Below, one piece after another: positions 15,455 to 26,306 of a stretch of 32,000 bases of DNA. Both the position numbers and the translations under genes were made by a program. Each line of letters begins with the position of its first letter. The stretch's first letter is position 1. Location: NCBI GenBank assembly GCA_002794465.1, contig MTSL01000050.1:3164-35163 (forward strand), written 5' to 3'. The DNA comes from Paramicrosporidium saccamoebae KSL3. Its lineage: Eukaryota > Fungi > Cryptomycota. The notes below the pieces were generated by a model. It saw nothing but the letters and a program-made list of their open reading frames with translations. It searched no databases and was not told where the DNA came from.

Positions 15455-16933
15455 ATGTGGTTGACCGGCCATTTCCGCAACAGGACTCCGCAACTCTTCA
15501 GGAGTACTCTTCTGGTAAAGAATCCAAGCTCGTTTTAATATGAAGGGCTTTTCGCAGCGTTGTGCGCTGTCGATTCATGAGCATCAGTCCATGGGACTCC
15601 TCGCAAAGTACGGGATTCCTGTCCCACGAGGCCAACTGGCAAAGACACCTGAAGAAGCCTATAAAATAGCCGAATCTTTTGGTACACCGTCGTGGCTGGT
15701 ACGTAATGATTAGAAGCTAATGATCTGGTGGTTAAGGCTCAGGTTCTTGCGGGTGGACGAGGAAAAGGAACCTTTGACAGCGGAGTTGTCGGCGGAGTGC
15801 AGATTGCCTCGAGTCCTGAAGAGGTGCGAGACTATGCTCAAGGGATGCTGGGTCGACGTTTAATAACCAAGCAGACTGGTGCTGCAGGAAGGCCATGCAA
15901 TTCAGTACCTCTCAACTTGCGAGCCATAGTCTATAGATTTTTATTGTCGAGAGGCTGTACTCGAGAAAAGACTTTTATTTGGCCATCCTTCTCGACCGTC
16001 ACTCAAACGTAATGGATGAGAGCTTGGTAGCAATAGTTTAGGGACTCACACTGATGGGAAGTCGACGCGGCGGAGTTGACATTGAGGCGGTTGCTGCAGA
16101 AGAGCCGTCAGCGATTATAACCACTCCGATTCCCCAAGGAGGTGCGCTCCACTGCACCCACTAATATATTTGTAGAGGTTGACAAGAATAGTCTCAAACA
16201 ATTCTTGGACAAGATGGGAATAAACCCCAAAAACACTGATGCAACCGTGGAAATAATCCAAAAGATGCTTCGTCTATTCCGCGAGAAAGATGCCACTCTT
16301 CTTGAGATTAATCCATTTGTTGAGACCTCAACCGGAAACATGGTCTGTTTGGACGCAAAAATCAGTTTTGACGACAATGCTGATTTTCGCCAGCCCGATC
16401 TCTTCTCCATGAGAGACCCGACCCAGGAAGATGCTCGCGAAGTACGTGCTGCCGAGCACAAGCTGAACTATATTGGGCTGGATGGCCACATTGGGTGCTT
16501 AGTTAATGGTGCTGGGTTGGCAATGGCGACTATGGACATTATCAAGTTGCATGGTGGAGAGCCCGCAAATTTCTTGGATGTTGGTGGAAGTGCCACAGCC
16601 GATCAGGTGGAGCAGGCCATTAGAATTCTGGGAGAAGATAGTACCGTAAAGGCTGTCCTTGTCAATATTTTTGGAGGCATTATGCGCTGCGACATTATCG
16701 CCGAGGGGATTCTGAACGCCGTCAAGTCTGATAAACTGAGGGTTCCGTTGGTTGTGCGATTGCTGGGGACCAATATGCAAGAAGCCAAAGAAGCGATTGC
16801 AAAGAGCAAACTTGAAGTTTTTGCCTGCGATGATCTTGACGAGGCTGCCAAGAAGGCCGTTTCTCTAGCGAAAATTGTGGAGCTTGCCGATTCGGCCAAC
16901 GTCAAAATCGTGATTGGAGATGCTAAGCAATAA
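15455..16933 (+). CDS. LSC2: Succinyl-CoA ligase beta subunit, mitochondrial (about 438 aa, 6 exons)
   Basis: Introns 15515-15545, 15682-15713, 15905-15936, 16009-16041 and 16142-16175. Exon 1 encodes an Arg-rich presequence-like peptide ([20 protein letters not shown]). Motifs [38 protein letters not shown] and [10 protein letters not shown] are present. Confidence 0.95.
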
Positions 16934-16984
16934 TGAGAGAGTAGGCGATTCAGGGATTCCAATAAAGGGACTATGTGCGAGTAT

Positions 16985-17101
16985 TGTCGCGTAGTGGGGA
17001 TAAATAGTATGATACACATCTCCCTGCCCTCAATACTCAGCAGAGCGATCCACTCTAGCACACAAATACCCAACTAATCAACCCTCTGCCTCTACGTCAT
17101 A
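16985..17101 (-). repeat. Dispersed intergenic repeat, copy 3 (117 bp, inverted orientation, internally deleted)
   Basis: The reverse complement reads TATGACGTAGA...TGATTAG...TGTGTGCTAGAGTGGATCGCT...CTGAGTATTGAGGGCAGGGAGATGTGTATCATACT...TTATCCCCACTACGCGACA. Both ends match copies 1 and 2, and two internal blocks are missing. Confidence 0.85.
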
Positions 17102-17283
17102 CAGGAACCGAGACCATGGTATGGAGCTAAAACCCTTAGTAAAAAAACCAAGTCTGTGTCACGGACCAGACCCTTTAATAAACATGAGGTTCCCAATCTA
17201 TAGCGTCATGCATTTATTGATGCCAGGGTGGAACGTTCGAGAAGAGAGGCCTGGTGCTATTGCAACACTCACTTCTCTACAAA

Positions 17284-18964
17284 ATGTCTTCTGTACAACT
17301 GCTGAACCCAAATGCGGACGTGGCTCGTAGAAACTTGGCATTACAGGTCAACATGAATGCGGCCTTGGGTCTGCAGAATGTCGTCAAGACCAATCTTGGG
17401 CCTCGAGGAACATTGAAAATGTACTATTTGCTGGTGTGGAATTTACCATTAGGCTTGTCAGCGGCTCTGGAGACATTAAGCTCACCAAAGACGGAAAAGT
17501 ACTGCTGCATGAGATGGTATCAACTTTGGGTTCAAACTAATTCCTCAGAGTATCATCCATCCCACTGCTGCCTTGATTGCCCGCTCAGCGACAGCCCAGG
17601 ACGATATTACTGGCGATGGCACCACAAGTAACGTCATCTTAATTGGCGAACTCTTGAAGCAGTCCGAAAAGTATGTATCAGACGGCCTTCACCCTCGTGT
17701 GATTACTGAGGGCTTCGAGCTGGCCAAGAAGGAGGCGCTCAAGTTTTTGGATGAATTCCGTATTGTCAAAGCAAACGGCATTGACAGAGAAACGCTGATA
17801 TCTGTCTCTCGTACTTCCTTGCGCACCAAGGTCCCTGTAGCCGTTGCGGATAATTTAACCGAGGCTATTGTCGAGGCTGTTTTTACTGTGAAAAAGGACA
17901 ATTTGCCCATCGATTTACATATGGTTGAAGTTATGAAGATGCAGCACCAGTCTGCCATGGATACCCGCTTGATTAAGGGACTTGTCCTTGATCACGGCGG
18001 CCGTCACCCCGACATGCCTAAACGCCTCGAAAACTGTTATATTTTGAACCTGAACGTGTCTCTGGAGTATGAAAAAACTGAGATTAACTCTGGGTTTTAT
18101 TATTCCTCTGCAGAGCAGCGCGATCGCCTTGTTCAGAGCGAGAGAAGTCACACTGACGCCAAAGTTCGACGTATTATCGAGCTGAAGAAGCTTGTATGTG
18201 ATGGAACCAACAAGTCCTTTGTGGTTGTCAATCAAAAGGGAATCGATCCCTTGTCACTGGACATGCTGGCTAAGCAAGGTATTATGGCCTTGCGGCGAGC
18301 GAAACGACGCAACGGCGAACGCCTGCAGCTCATATCTGGGGGAATAGTCCAGAACTCTGTTGAAGATTTGTCCCTGGATATTCTCGGATATGCTGGACTT
18401 GTCTACGAGCAGTCGATTGGAGAGGATAAGTATACTTTTATTGAGCAAGTTGCCAAGCCCCAATCTGCCACGATTCTCGTCAAGGGACCCAATCAGCACA
18501 CCATTATCCAGATTAATGATGCCATTCGTGATGGCCTGCGGGCTGTTAAAAATGCAATTGAAGACAACAGCGTTGTTCCAGGTGCTGGTGCGTTTCAAAT
18601 CGCTCTTCACGCTCGTCTCATGAAGTTCAAGGAGAGTGTCAGCGGACGTGCCAAGCTTGGTGTGCAAGCATTTGCTGATGCTCAACTTGTTATTCCCAAG
18701 GCGCTTGCCCAGAATGCTGGACTTGATCAACAGGATTGTCTGCTTCTCCTGCAAGAAGAATTCCAGAAAGGCCGCATTGTTGGTCTTAATCTGACCACAG
18801 GAGGTGTCCTTGACCCGCGTGCAGAGGGCATTTGGGACAACTATCGTGTTTTGAGACATTTGTTAAATGCATGCACCGTAATTGCCAGCAATTTGCTTCT
18901 CGTGGATGAAATTATGCGTGCTGGCCGTTCCAGTCTCAAAACTAACCCTGAAGGGGAGCCCTAA
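17284..18964 (+). CDS. CCT6: Chaperonin CCT/TRiC subunit zeta (about 538 aa, 3 exons)
   Basis: Introns 17421-17452 and 17517-17548. The product has [69 protein letters not shown] and VVPGAGAF. Confidence 0.96.
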
Positions 18965-19086
18965 GGTTTGGTCACATGAGCAGCGTGATATAATGATGAA
19001 CGCAGTATATTTACAGAAACATAAATTTTCACTTGATCTACAAACCAGAACTATAACGAGTAGATGGTGGAGTGGACACTAATGAT

Positions 19087-19620
19087 TCATGTGTAGTCGG
19101 CTGTTGATTCTGGGCCGTGCACAGAAGTCTCATTAGGGGTGGCCGGTCTCCAGAGCCGCTCTTTATCAAGACTGTGGCTGGCGTCAGTGTAGAAGACGAC
19201 AGGCTTCATCCATCTTATCGACAATTTTTGTCCTGGCGGTGGTCTATCCACGCCACGCGCTCGATTCCTAGCTGCCTGTCTCCGATTCTGGAACCAGACT
19301 TGGATTGTCCGCGATGTGAGTGTCAGCTGCCTGGCGAGTCGTTCCCTCATATCACGAGTTGGGAAGTGGACGCCACTGTCAAAGAGGCTTTGCAGGGCGC
19401 AGGTCTGTTCGGGAGAGATGCGCTTCCTCGGAACCTTGGTCCGTGGCATTAGATAGGGCGAGACTGAGGGCGAGGTGGAGCCGGAGAGTGAGCATAGCGA
19501 GGCAACTGAGCTAATGGATGCTAGCCGTTCTTGGCGGGGTTCAGGGTCCAACGTCCGTTTGGTAGAGGGCGAGTCGAGGACATTGACGGCATCAATTAGA
19601 CAGGACAGATTATCAAACAT
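19087..19620 (-). CDS. Homeodomain transcription factor (Yox1/Yhp1-like; about 177 aa)
   Basis: RKRISPEQTCALQSLFDSGVHFPTRDMRERLARQLTLTSRTIQVWFQNRRQAAR contains the helix-3 WFQNRR signature. The first ATG is at 19620; the ORF-track start at 19623 is GTG. Confidence 0.88.
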   Translation of the reverse strand: MFDNLSCLIDAVNVLDSPSTKRTLDPEPRQERLASISSVASLCSLSGSTSPSVSPYLMPRTKVPRKRISPEQTCALQSLFDSGVHFPTRDMRERLARQLTLTSRTIQVWFQNRRQAARNRARGVDRPPPGQKLSIRWMKPVVFYTDASHSLDKERLWRPATPNETSVHGPESTADYT

Positions 19621-19779
19621 CACTTGTTGCAGTGGATTCGCGACAAAGATGAGACGTGCTCAACCACCCTACAAGTGATCTCGCAATCTACGCGCCGCAA
19701 TTAAAATAGCTATTGAACAACATTGCCGATTTTGGCTAGATGCATTCTTCCTCTTTAGGGAATGAGTAGTATTAAATCA

Positions 19780-22496
19780 TTATTGAAAAATATCTTGGTT
19801 TCCTGGTGCACCGCTCCGGGCAGTCAGTCGCCGAAGATCCTTTAGCAGGTTTCCGATTAGCAAATAATCCTCCTTGTCTTTGGTCGTAAGTGGCTGCAAG
19901 AGTTCGAATGAGGGCGAGGCGGCTGCGGAGAGGTGACGAATATCAACTTCTTTCTGCATAGAATCCGCCGATGAATGCCGTTCAATTGACAATAGGAGAA
20001 TTAGTAACACAGCCTCAATTGTCGTTAAATGGACTTTGGATGCAGACCTTTTGATCATTGCAATTGATCCATCCAGAATCGCAATTAGGAGACTTAATGA
20101 TATCATGGTTGACCGATTCCCACCATCCGTGGATTCATTGTTAAAGTTCAAAATTTGCACAGTCTGATCAGCAGAGATGCAAGTGGCCATCAAACGAACA
20201 CAAGTATTGATGATAGAGCTCACAGACTCGCACCATTCTCTTTCGGCAGAACTGCTTATTGTCCTCGTGAGCAAATGTGACAAAATAGACAGGCGCGCCA
20301 GACGAGTTTGAGGGGACGCAGTTTGTGCAAACAGCTGAGAGATTAGAGAAACAAGTTCAAGATGCTCGTCGCTAGATGGGAACTGCAACTTGAATCGTAT
20401 CAAGCTCTCAAACACTATTGATCGATTTGAGACGAGAGCTGAGACTGAATTGAAAATTACCCCCGTAGAGTCGGTGGCGAGGATGAGGAGCAGACGCGCC
20501 AACGGAAGGAGCACCAAATGCCAGCGATGCTCTGCAAGGGCCGCATTAGGGGATGTAAATTCCTGGGAATCGACAGTTCGATGCCAGTCCAAAACACGAA
20601 GGCCTACGATCGTGTCAATGAGGCCCGCTTCAAGCAAGCGTTCGCCTCCCAAAGGTTCAGAAGCGAGCTTTTGCAAAAGCGCAAATCGACTGCGCCATAG
20701 GAACAAGGAATTAAGAGTTTGACAGCTAGGATTGATGACGGAAATCATCGTATTGTCGTCGATGCGGACAGAAGCAACAAGATTCTTAATGTAGCCGATA
20801 CGAACAAGACGATCAATCGGCGATACATCAGGAATGAGACAAATCATGTCACGTAAAAAGGTAGTGGCCATTGTCTTCCAACCATCAGCGTCTACAGCGG
20901 GGACTACAGAATCCACGGCAGCAATTTCAATTAACCGAACATGCTCCTTGCTGAGAAGGCTCTTTAGAGAGGACAAGCCTGACGCGTCCTGGGACATGAG
21001 ATGCGATGCCTCGCAAATAACGGAATACAAGTAGCCCCGACAGGGGAGATTGGAGTCAGGACGGAGAATGCCCCTAATCGCACCCGCGGCCAGAGCTGAC
21101 ACTTCATCTCCCGATAGAATGGGTAATTCAGCAGAATCAACTCGACGGAAGAAGCCGCTGGCAATGGCCACGGACAGTGCGGCGCAATTTTCCAGAATAA
21201 CATGATCTGCGCTCTGATTTGCTTGCAACCTGCCAATAACGGGGACAATTGAAGTAACAAGGTGAGACTGAATGGAAAGGATGGCCTGGCGATCATAGGG
21301 AATACGATCAAGGGATGCAAGAACGAGCTGGGAAATCTTGGCATTGGCGCGGACCAAAGATCCAGCGGCAGAAACAATCTGATCGTGAACGACAGAAGGC
21401 AGCGCTGACAAGTACTCTGAAGTCAGTACCGACTCTACAGAAGACATCATCACTGCCACAAGCGACTGGCCGGCATCCAATGGAGCTTCAGCGGACTCTT
21501 TCTCGCCAATGGTTCCGCGGGCCAAGACCGTGGAGAGTTTTCGTGCATAGCTCCATGCACCTTCGGCCATTGACGTGTGCAAGTCGAGCATGGCGCCTTT
21601 GAGTAGAGCGGCTTTCTGCTGCATCTCCAAGATGGTATATCCAATATCGGTGAGATCTACTGGCTCACGAGCAACAAACACAAGTTGCTTTCTGAAAAAG
21701 TCTTCTTGATCACGGAGGTAATTTGCAGTGGCCCTACTAGTACGTGGATTTGACAGAAGCGCCACCAGCAGCTCATAGCATTTCAGGCCAAAACTCGGGT
21801 GATCCAGCGCAACGATTGGAGTTGAAGGATGTCCCAGTCCAAAGGCCAAAAGTTCAAGGACAAGATGAAGACAGCTAAATTGGACGCCCTCATGCGAGGA
21901 GGGATGCAATATGGTTGCCGCACACGTTGTCAAGGAAGGATTAAATCCCAAAAGATAATGTGCCAAGTTGTAGCCAGGTTTGGACACGTTTCGAATCAGA
22001 AAATCAACAATCTGCAAACGAACCAAATTGGAGAGACCAAAAGAGGCAATAAAGCCCTCTTCATCATGGGCACGTTCATGCCAGCCCCGCCCATCCCCAG
22101 AAATAAGCGAAACTTGTTCCGTTTCCTCCCGTTCAAGGCGTCGTACAAATGCTTCCATTATGGACGGCAGCTCACCTGCTGCTTCCAATATAGAGTACAA
22201 CTTGTGGGTCGAATGGGGTGTTGCAGCTGCAAAGACGGGCGAATCTGCCATGTCTGCGATTGCGTGAAGCGCGGCAACGCTTACTTCTAGGTTCTCGGGA
22301 TAGTCCACAAGACGGAAAATTTGGACGACTAAATCCCGGCGACTTCTTTGCAAAGGGTCGCTCCCCGTGGCTCCGTACAGGTCGAACGGTCCAAGAATTG
22401 AAAATATTCTACGCATGAATTATATGGTGCTAGTAGACATTACGTGTTCCAAAAATTGGTTCTCACATCCTCACTCATACTCTTTGTCAATGCCAT
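19780..22496 (-). CDS. NUP192: Nucleoporin Nup192/Nup205-like protein matching only the C-terminal half (about 893 aa, 2 exons)
   Basis: A 35-nt intron (22443-22409, GTAATG...TAG) joins MALTKSMSEDVRTNFWNT to IFSILGPFD in frame. YNLAHYLLGF...SCLHLVLELL...HPSFGLKCYELLVALLSNPRTSRATANYLRDQEDFFRKQL matches, from memory, the conserved mid-region of Nup205/Nup192. Confidence 0.78.
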
Positions 22497-22582
22497 TTCC
22501 CAGAGGCGACGACCTAGTCTGGGATTTCAAGCCGGGGCCCGCCAGGAGTGCCGTCTCCAGCAGTAGCACTAGCGCTTGCGCC
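22497..22582. promoter_or_regulatory. Probable bidirectional promoter region between the Nup192-like gene and RPB8
   Basis: An 86-bp, GC-rich spacer lies between divergent ATGs. This depends on the predicted Nup192-like start at 22496. Confidence 0.45.
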
Positions 22583-23047
22583 ATGACAGATTTTTTGCTG
22601 GACGACGTTTTTGAGATAACAGCAGTGGACCCTGATGGGAAAAAGTTTGACCGCGTCTCCCGGATCCAGGCCAAAAGTGACAACTATGACATGTCCCTCC
22701 TGCTTGACGTTAATGTCGAGCTTTACGCTCTCCAGAAAGCCCAGAAATTTACCCTCGTCCTTACCAAGAGTATAGCGTTGGATGCATCGGTGGGCGCTGA
22801 TGCTGCTTGGCGTTCAGATGCTGGCCCAACTTTGGCTGACAAGTACGAGTATGTAATGTATGGACGGGTTTTCAAGTTTGAGGACATTTCAACTGCTCGA
22901 ATGTAAGAGAATATTTCTTGGCTTAACCTCTCTAGGGCTGTTTATGTGTCGTTTGGCGGCCTGTTGATGCGCCTGGAAGCTGACCCGCGACACTTTTTGG
23001 AAATTACCATAGGCTCCAATATTTACTTGCTCATGCGCAAGGTTTAG
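22583..23047 (+). CDS. RPB8: RNA polymerase I/II/III shared subunit RPB8 (143 aa, 2 exons)
   Basis: Intron 22903-22935. The product reads MTDFLLDDVFEITAVDPDGKKFDRVSRI...LLLDVNVELY...LADKYEYVMYGRVFKF...VYVSFGGLLMRL. Confidence 0.96.
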
Positions 23048-23101
23048 AAACCCGTGTTCTTTAAATTAAATAAACAATTGTCCGTATCCAGCTGGGGAGT
23101 G

Positions 23102-25182
23102 ATGAGCAATGGTAGTGATGTTGTTGTGCTATTACCACATCTTAAAGCCTTAGCTGGCAACGGCAAGAGCCGTGGCCCTACCAAAGGAAAAACGGGCTAC
23201 ACATTCGATGAGCGTATGCTCTACCACCGTGATCCAGAGGACGACCACCCCGAACAGCCTGCAAGAATTGAGGGGATTCTGCAGCTATTCCAAGAACTCG
23301 GTCTGCTTGAAAGATGTATTCATATTGCCGCCGGTAAACTGCCAACCGAGGCGCTTCAAGCCGTACATTCCCAAGAGCTGTTGACGTTCATCGACCAACT
23401 TCCTGGTACACCTGTCGCGCAATGCTTACTCTAGGTACCAATATAGAGACTCTAGTTGAGGTTGTGAAAGAGATGGACTCGGTTTACCTATGTCCAGAAA
23501 GCGAGATTGCAGCAAAGGCGGCTGTCACATGCACAACTAAGATTGCCCGCGACATTGCTATGGGGAAGATTGGCAATGGTTTTGCATTGGTGAGACCTCC
23601 TGGACACCATGCGGAGCCTGACAAGGTACTCTTTCTTGTGGAGATGTAATTTTTAGGCAATGGGATTTTGTATTTTTAACAATGTTGCTGTGGCTGCAAA
23701 AGAGCTCCAGCGGCTTGGATTGGCGCGGAAGATTATAATATTGGATTGGGACATTCATTACGGCAACGGAACCCAAAAGATTTTCGCCTCTGATCCTGAT
23801 GTTCTTTTCATCTCGATTCATCGGTATGACGATGGGAAATTCTACCCAAGTGACGTTGAGGGAAGTCCAACATATGTTGGCGAGGCTTCTGCTTTGGGAT
23901 CCTCGGTAAATATTGGCTGGAATGGTCCTGGGGTTACGGATGCGGATTATGCGGCAGCATTTTCGCGAATCGTGATGCCAATCGCCGCGGAATTTAGACC
24001 CGACTTTGTCTTTGTCTCTGCTGGCTTTGATGCTGCCCAGGACGATCCTATCGGAGAATGTCTTGTAACTCCTAATGGATTTGCCCAGATGACGCATCAA
24101 CTGATGAGCCTTGCGGCTGGTAAAGTGCTACTTGTGCTTGAAGGAGGATATAATGTGCCTGTAATTTCTAACTGTGCCGTATCCTGTCTCAAGACTCTCT
24201 TGGGGGATCCTATTCCATATGTAAATACACAATCAAAAGCCACAGTCCCTTCAGAACAAGCCTCCAAGGCCATCTCTGCCACCATTAAAGCACAATCAGC
24301 ATACTGGAAATCACTCTATCCCAAGCATCATCAACTACGGGACGATTTTGGCGGAATAACCACACTACAACGTATGTCTGTCAACAGAGTGTTTACTTTG
24401 TAGGGGTAACTGATGTATATTGGGGACATTTATGCCTCCGAAAGTTTAACATGATTTCATTACCCATTGCCGATCCCGACTTGCGGAATTTTTTCAAGGA
24501 GCGCGTGTTCATGACCGATAATGTTCTCGAGAGGCCAGCGGGGATTCTGGTGTTTGCCCATGAGAGGTATTGAATCCTTGCTTTTTTGATTGTACATAGT
24601 GGAACTGTGTACAACAGCGCCTCGGAATCAAATATTGCCAACCTTCAGAACTCTATGTTGCATCAACCGTTCCAAGGATATATCAAAGAGGCTTTAAGGG
24701 ACAATTGGGCTGTCATTGATTTGCATTATCCAGCTAAAGAATGGACGCTGAAACAAACACAGACCGGATCTCCAAAAGACTTGACGCTTCTGAACGAGTT
24801 GATGTTGTATATATGGGACCATTTCCTTGTACTTTCAGAGTCTCCAGACATATTTTTCGTATCTTCGGGTCTTCCGTCTTATGCCGTATGCCACCTACTC
24901 GATCAAAGGGCGGTACAACACAGAGTCAAAGGAGTTGTGGTCATTTCTCCAACGCTATATCTGCCTGTAGCATCTTCGGACCGTTCCGAATGGTATGGGA
25001 GCAACTCTCTTGTTATTGTACCAACAAAGCGTCCCGAAGGAACACCGATCGCCACTAATCCGTCATTTGGGCGCTGTGTTTCGGCTGGCAGTGAGGATCC
25101 TGCAGAGATTGCCACCATCGTGGCGCAGAGTCAAAATAGAGTCTTTTCATTCATCGAAGAGCGGACGCGAGGAGCCTGTTAA
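23102..25182 (+). CDS. HDA1: Class II histone deacetylase Hda1/Clr3 with C-terminal Arb2-like domain (about 651 aa, 5 exons)
   Basis: Introns 23406-23434, 23626-23656, 24372-24403 and 24567-24599. Motifs HPEQPARI, RPPGHHA, MGFCIFNN, DWDIH, SAGFDA and LEGGY are present. The C-terminal domain (WAVID...IWD) is consistent with Arb2. Confidence 0.92.
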
Positions 25183-25689
25183 ATAGTATTCGTCTGTGAC
25201 TGGTGATCCCGGTAGCTATCCCACGATCCGATGTATTTAAAGGTGATAGTCTATAATGGTGCCTTTAATAAAGAAATATTCTCGTCCACCGGCTTGGCAT
25301 TGTAATACTCCAAGTGGATCTATTGCGCAGTGAGAAGAACCCTAAAGCACGGCTAAAGTGCCAATCTTTCTGCTTCTCTCCTCTGACTCGTCTTTTAATG
25401 CCTAGTCCACTACGTATGACCCAGCTAATCGTTTCGCTACCTTACAACTCCACTTACAATGCTTATCAAAGACTGCGCATCCCCTGGATTAATACCAACT
25501 CTGACTTCTTATTTATTAACAGTTTTGTTTAGGAGCGCGTAAGACGCGTCTAAGTTCGCAGAAATTCTTCAAAGCCGACATTGTGGGATGATGCATATAC
25601 AGACTAGAGGTTTCAGTGCCCACTTCCAACCTCACAGATACGACTATTTAAAAGTCCAAACAACTTTATATAAACGCAGATACGACTTT

Positions 25690-25944
25690 TTAGAAGCAAA
25701 TACAGCTCTTTTTCGCCTTTTGTTTTGAAGCAAAAGGACTTTGACCGGCGTGTGCAACAAACAGCAATGGGTCCTTTTCCGCGTTCATGTAATCAACAAG
25801 CCTACAGTTAATAATATGTTGGTTGTACGATTTGCATGCTTCTGACACGGGGATTCGATCGATATTGGCCATGCGCTCCATGACCGCATTGAGATCTTCA
25901 AGACGTTGCAGGTTCTCCTGCATGATGCTGACATTACCCACCAT
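25690..25944 (-). CDS. Heterotrimeric G-protein gamma subunit (75 aa spliced, 84 aa unspliced)
   Basis: LQRLEDLN...RIPVSEACKS-LVDYMNAEKDPLL fits the GGL pattern once a 27-nt GTAC...TAG intron (25828-25802) is removed. The C-terminus is a CaaX motif (CICF). Confidence 0.88.
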   Translation of the reverse strand: MVGNVSIMQENLQRLEDLNAVMERMANIDRIPVSEACKSYNQHIINCRLVDYMNAEKDPLLFVAHAGQSPFASKQKAKKSCICF

Positions 25945-26306
25945 TGTGTGCTCTCGTCGGCACCGAGCTGTTTATGAGGAGACTGGTGCTATTGGCCAGT
26001 TTCTGAATCCGGTCCCAAATTAAGCCAATCATAGCAGCACTACTAATAACAAATGGCGCTTGGTAATTTTTTGCCCCGTACACACGCAATCCCGGCCGCT
26101 CTATAAACATAGTAATGCGACATGCATCTCGGCTCGATTTGGAGCAGATTTAGAACCGGGTAGCAATGCAATAGCACAACCTCCAAGGGATAGGAAATAA
26201 ATCTGTTGCCAGGAGACGACAAGGGGTAAGCGCCGAGACGCTTGTAGTGTCCTGTCCCTTTGTCAGTGTCTGCTGTTTCTATCGTTTGCATAGCACACAC
26301 ATATCC

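Noticed and set aside
23740-23775. HDA1 motif reads DWDIHYGNG instead of DWDVHHGNG
   Set aside because: The zinc ligands (Asp, first His, SAGFD Asp), the GHH dyad and the catalytic Tyr of GGY are all intact, so the enzyme is probably active.
25635-25687. 11-bp direct repeat CAGATACGACT, 42 bp apart, downstream of G-gamma
   Set aside because: A local 11-mer repeat of this kind is expected about once by chance in 32 kb.
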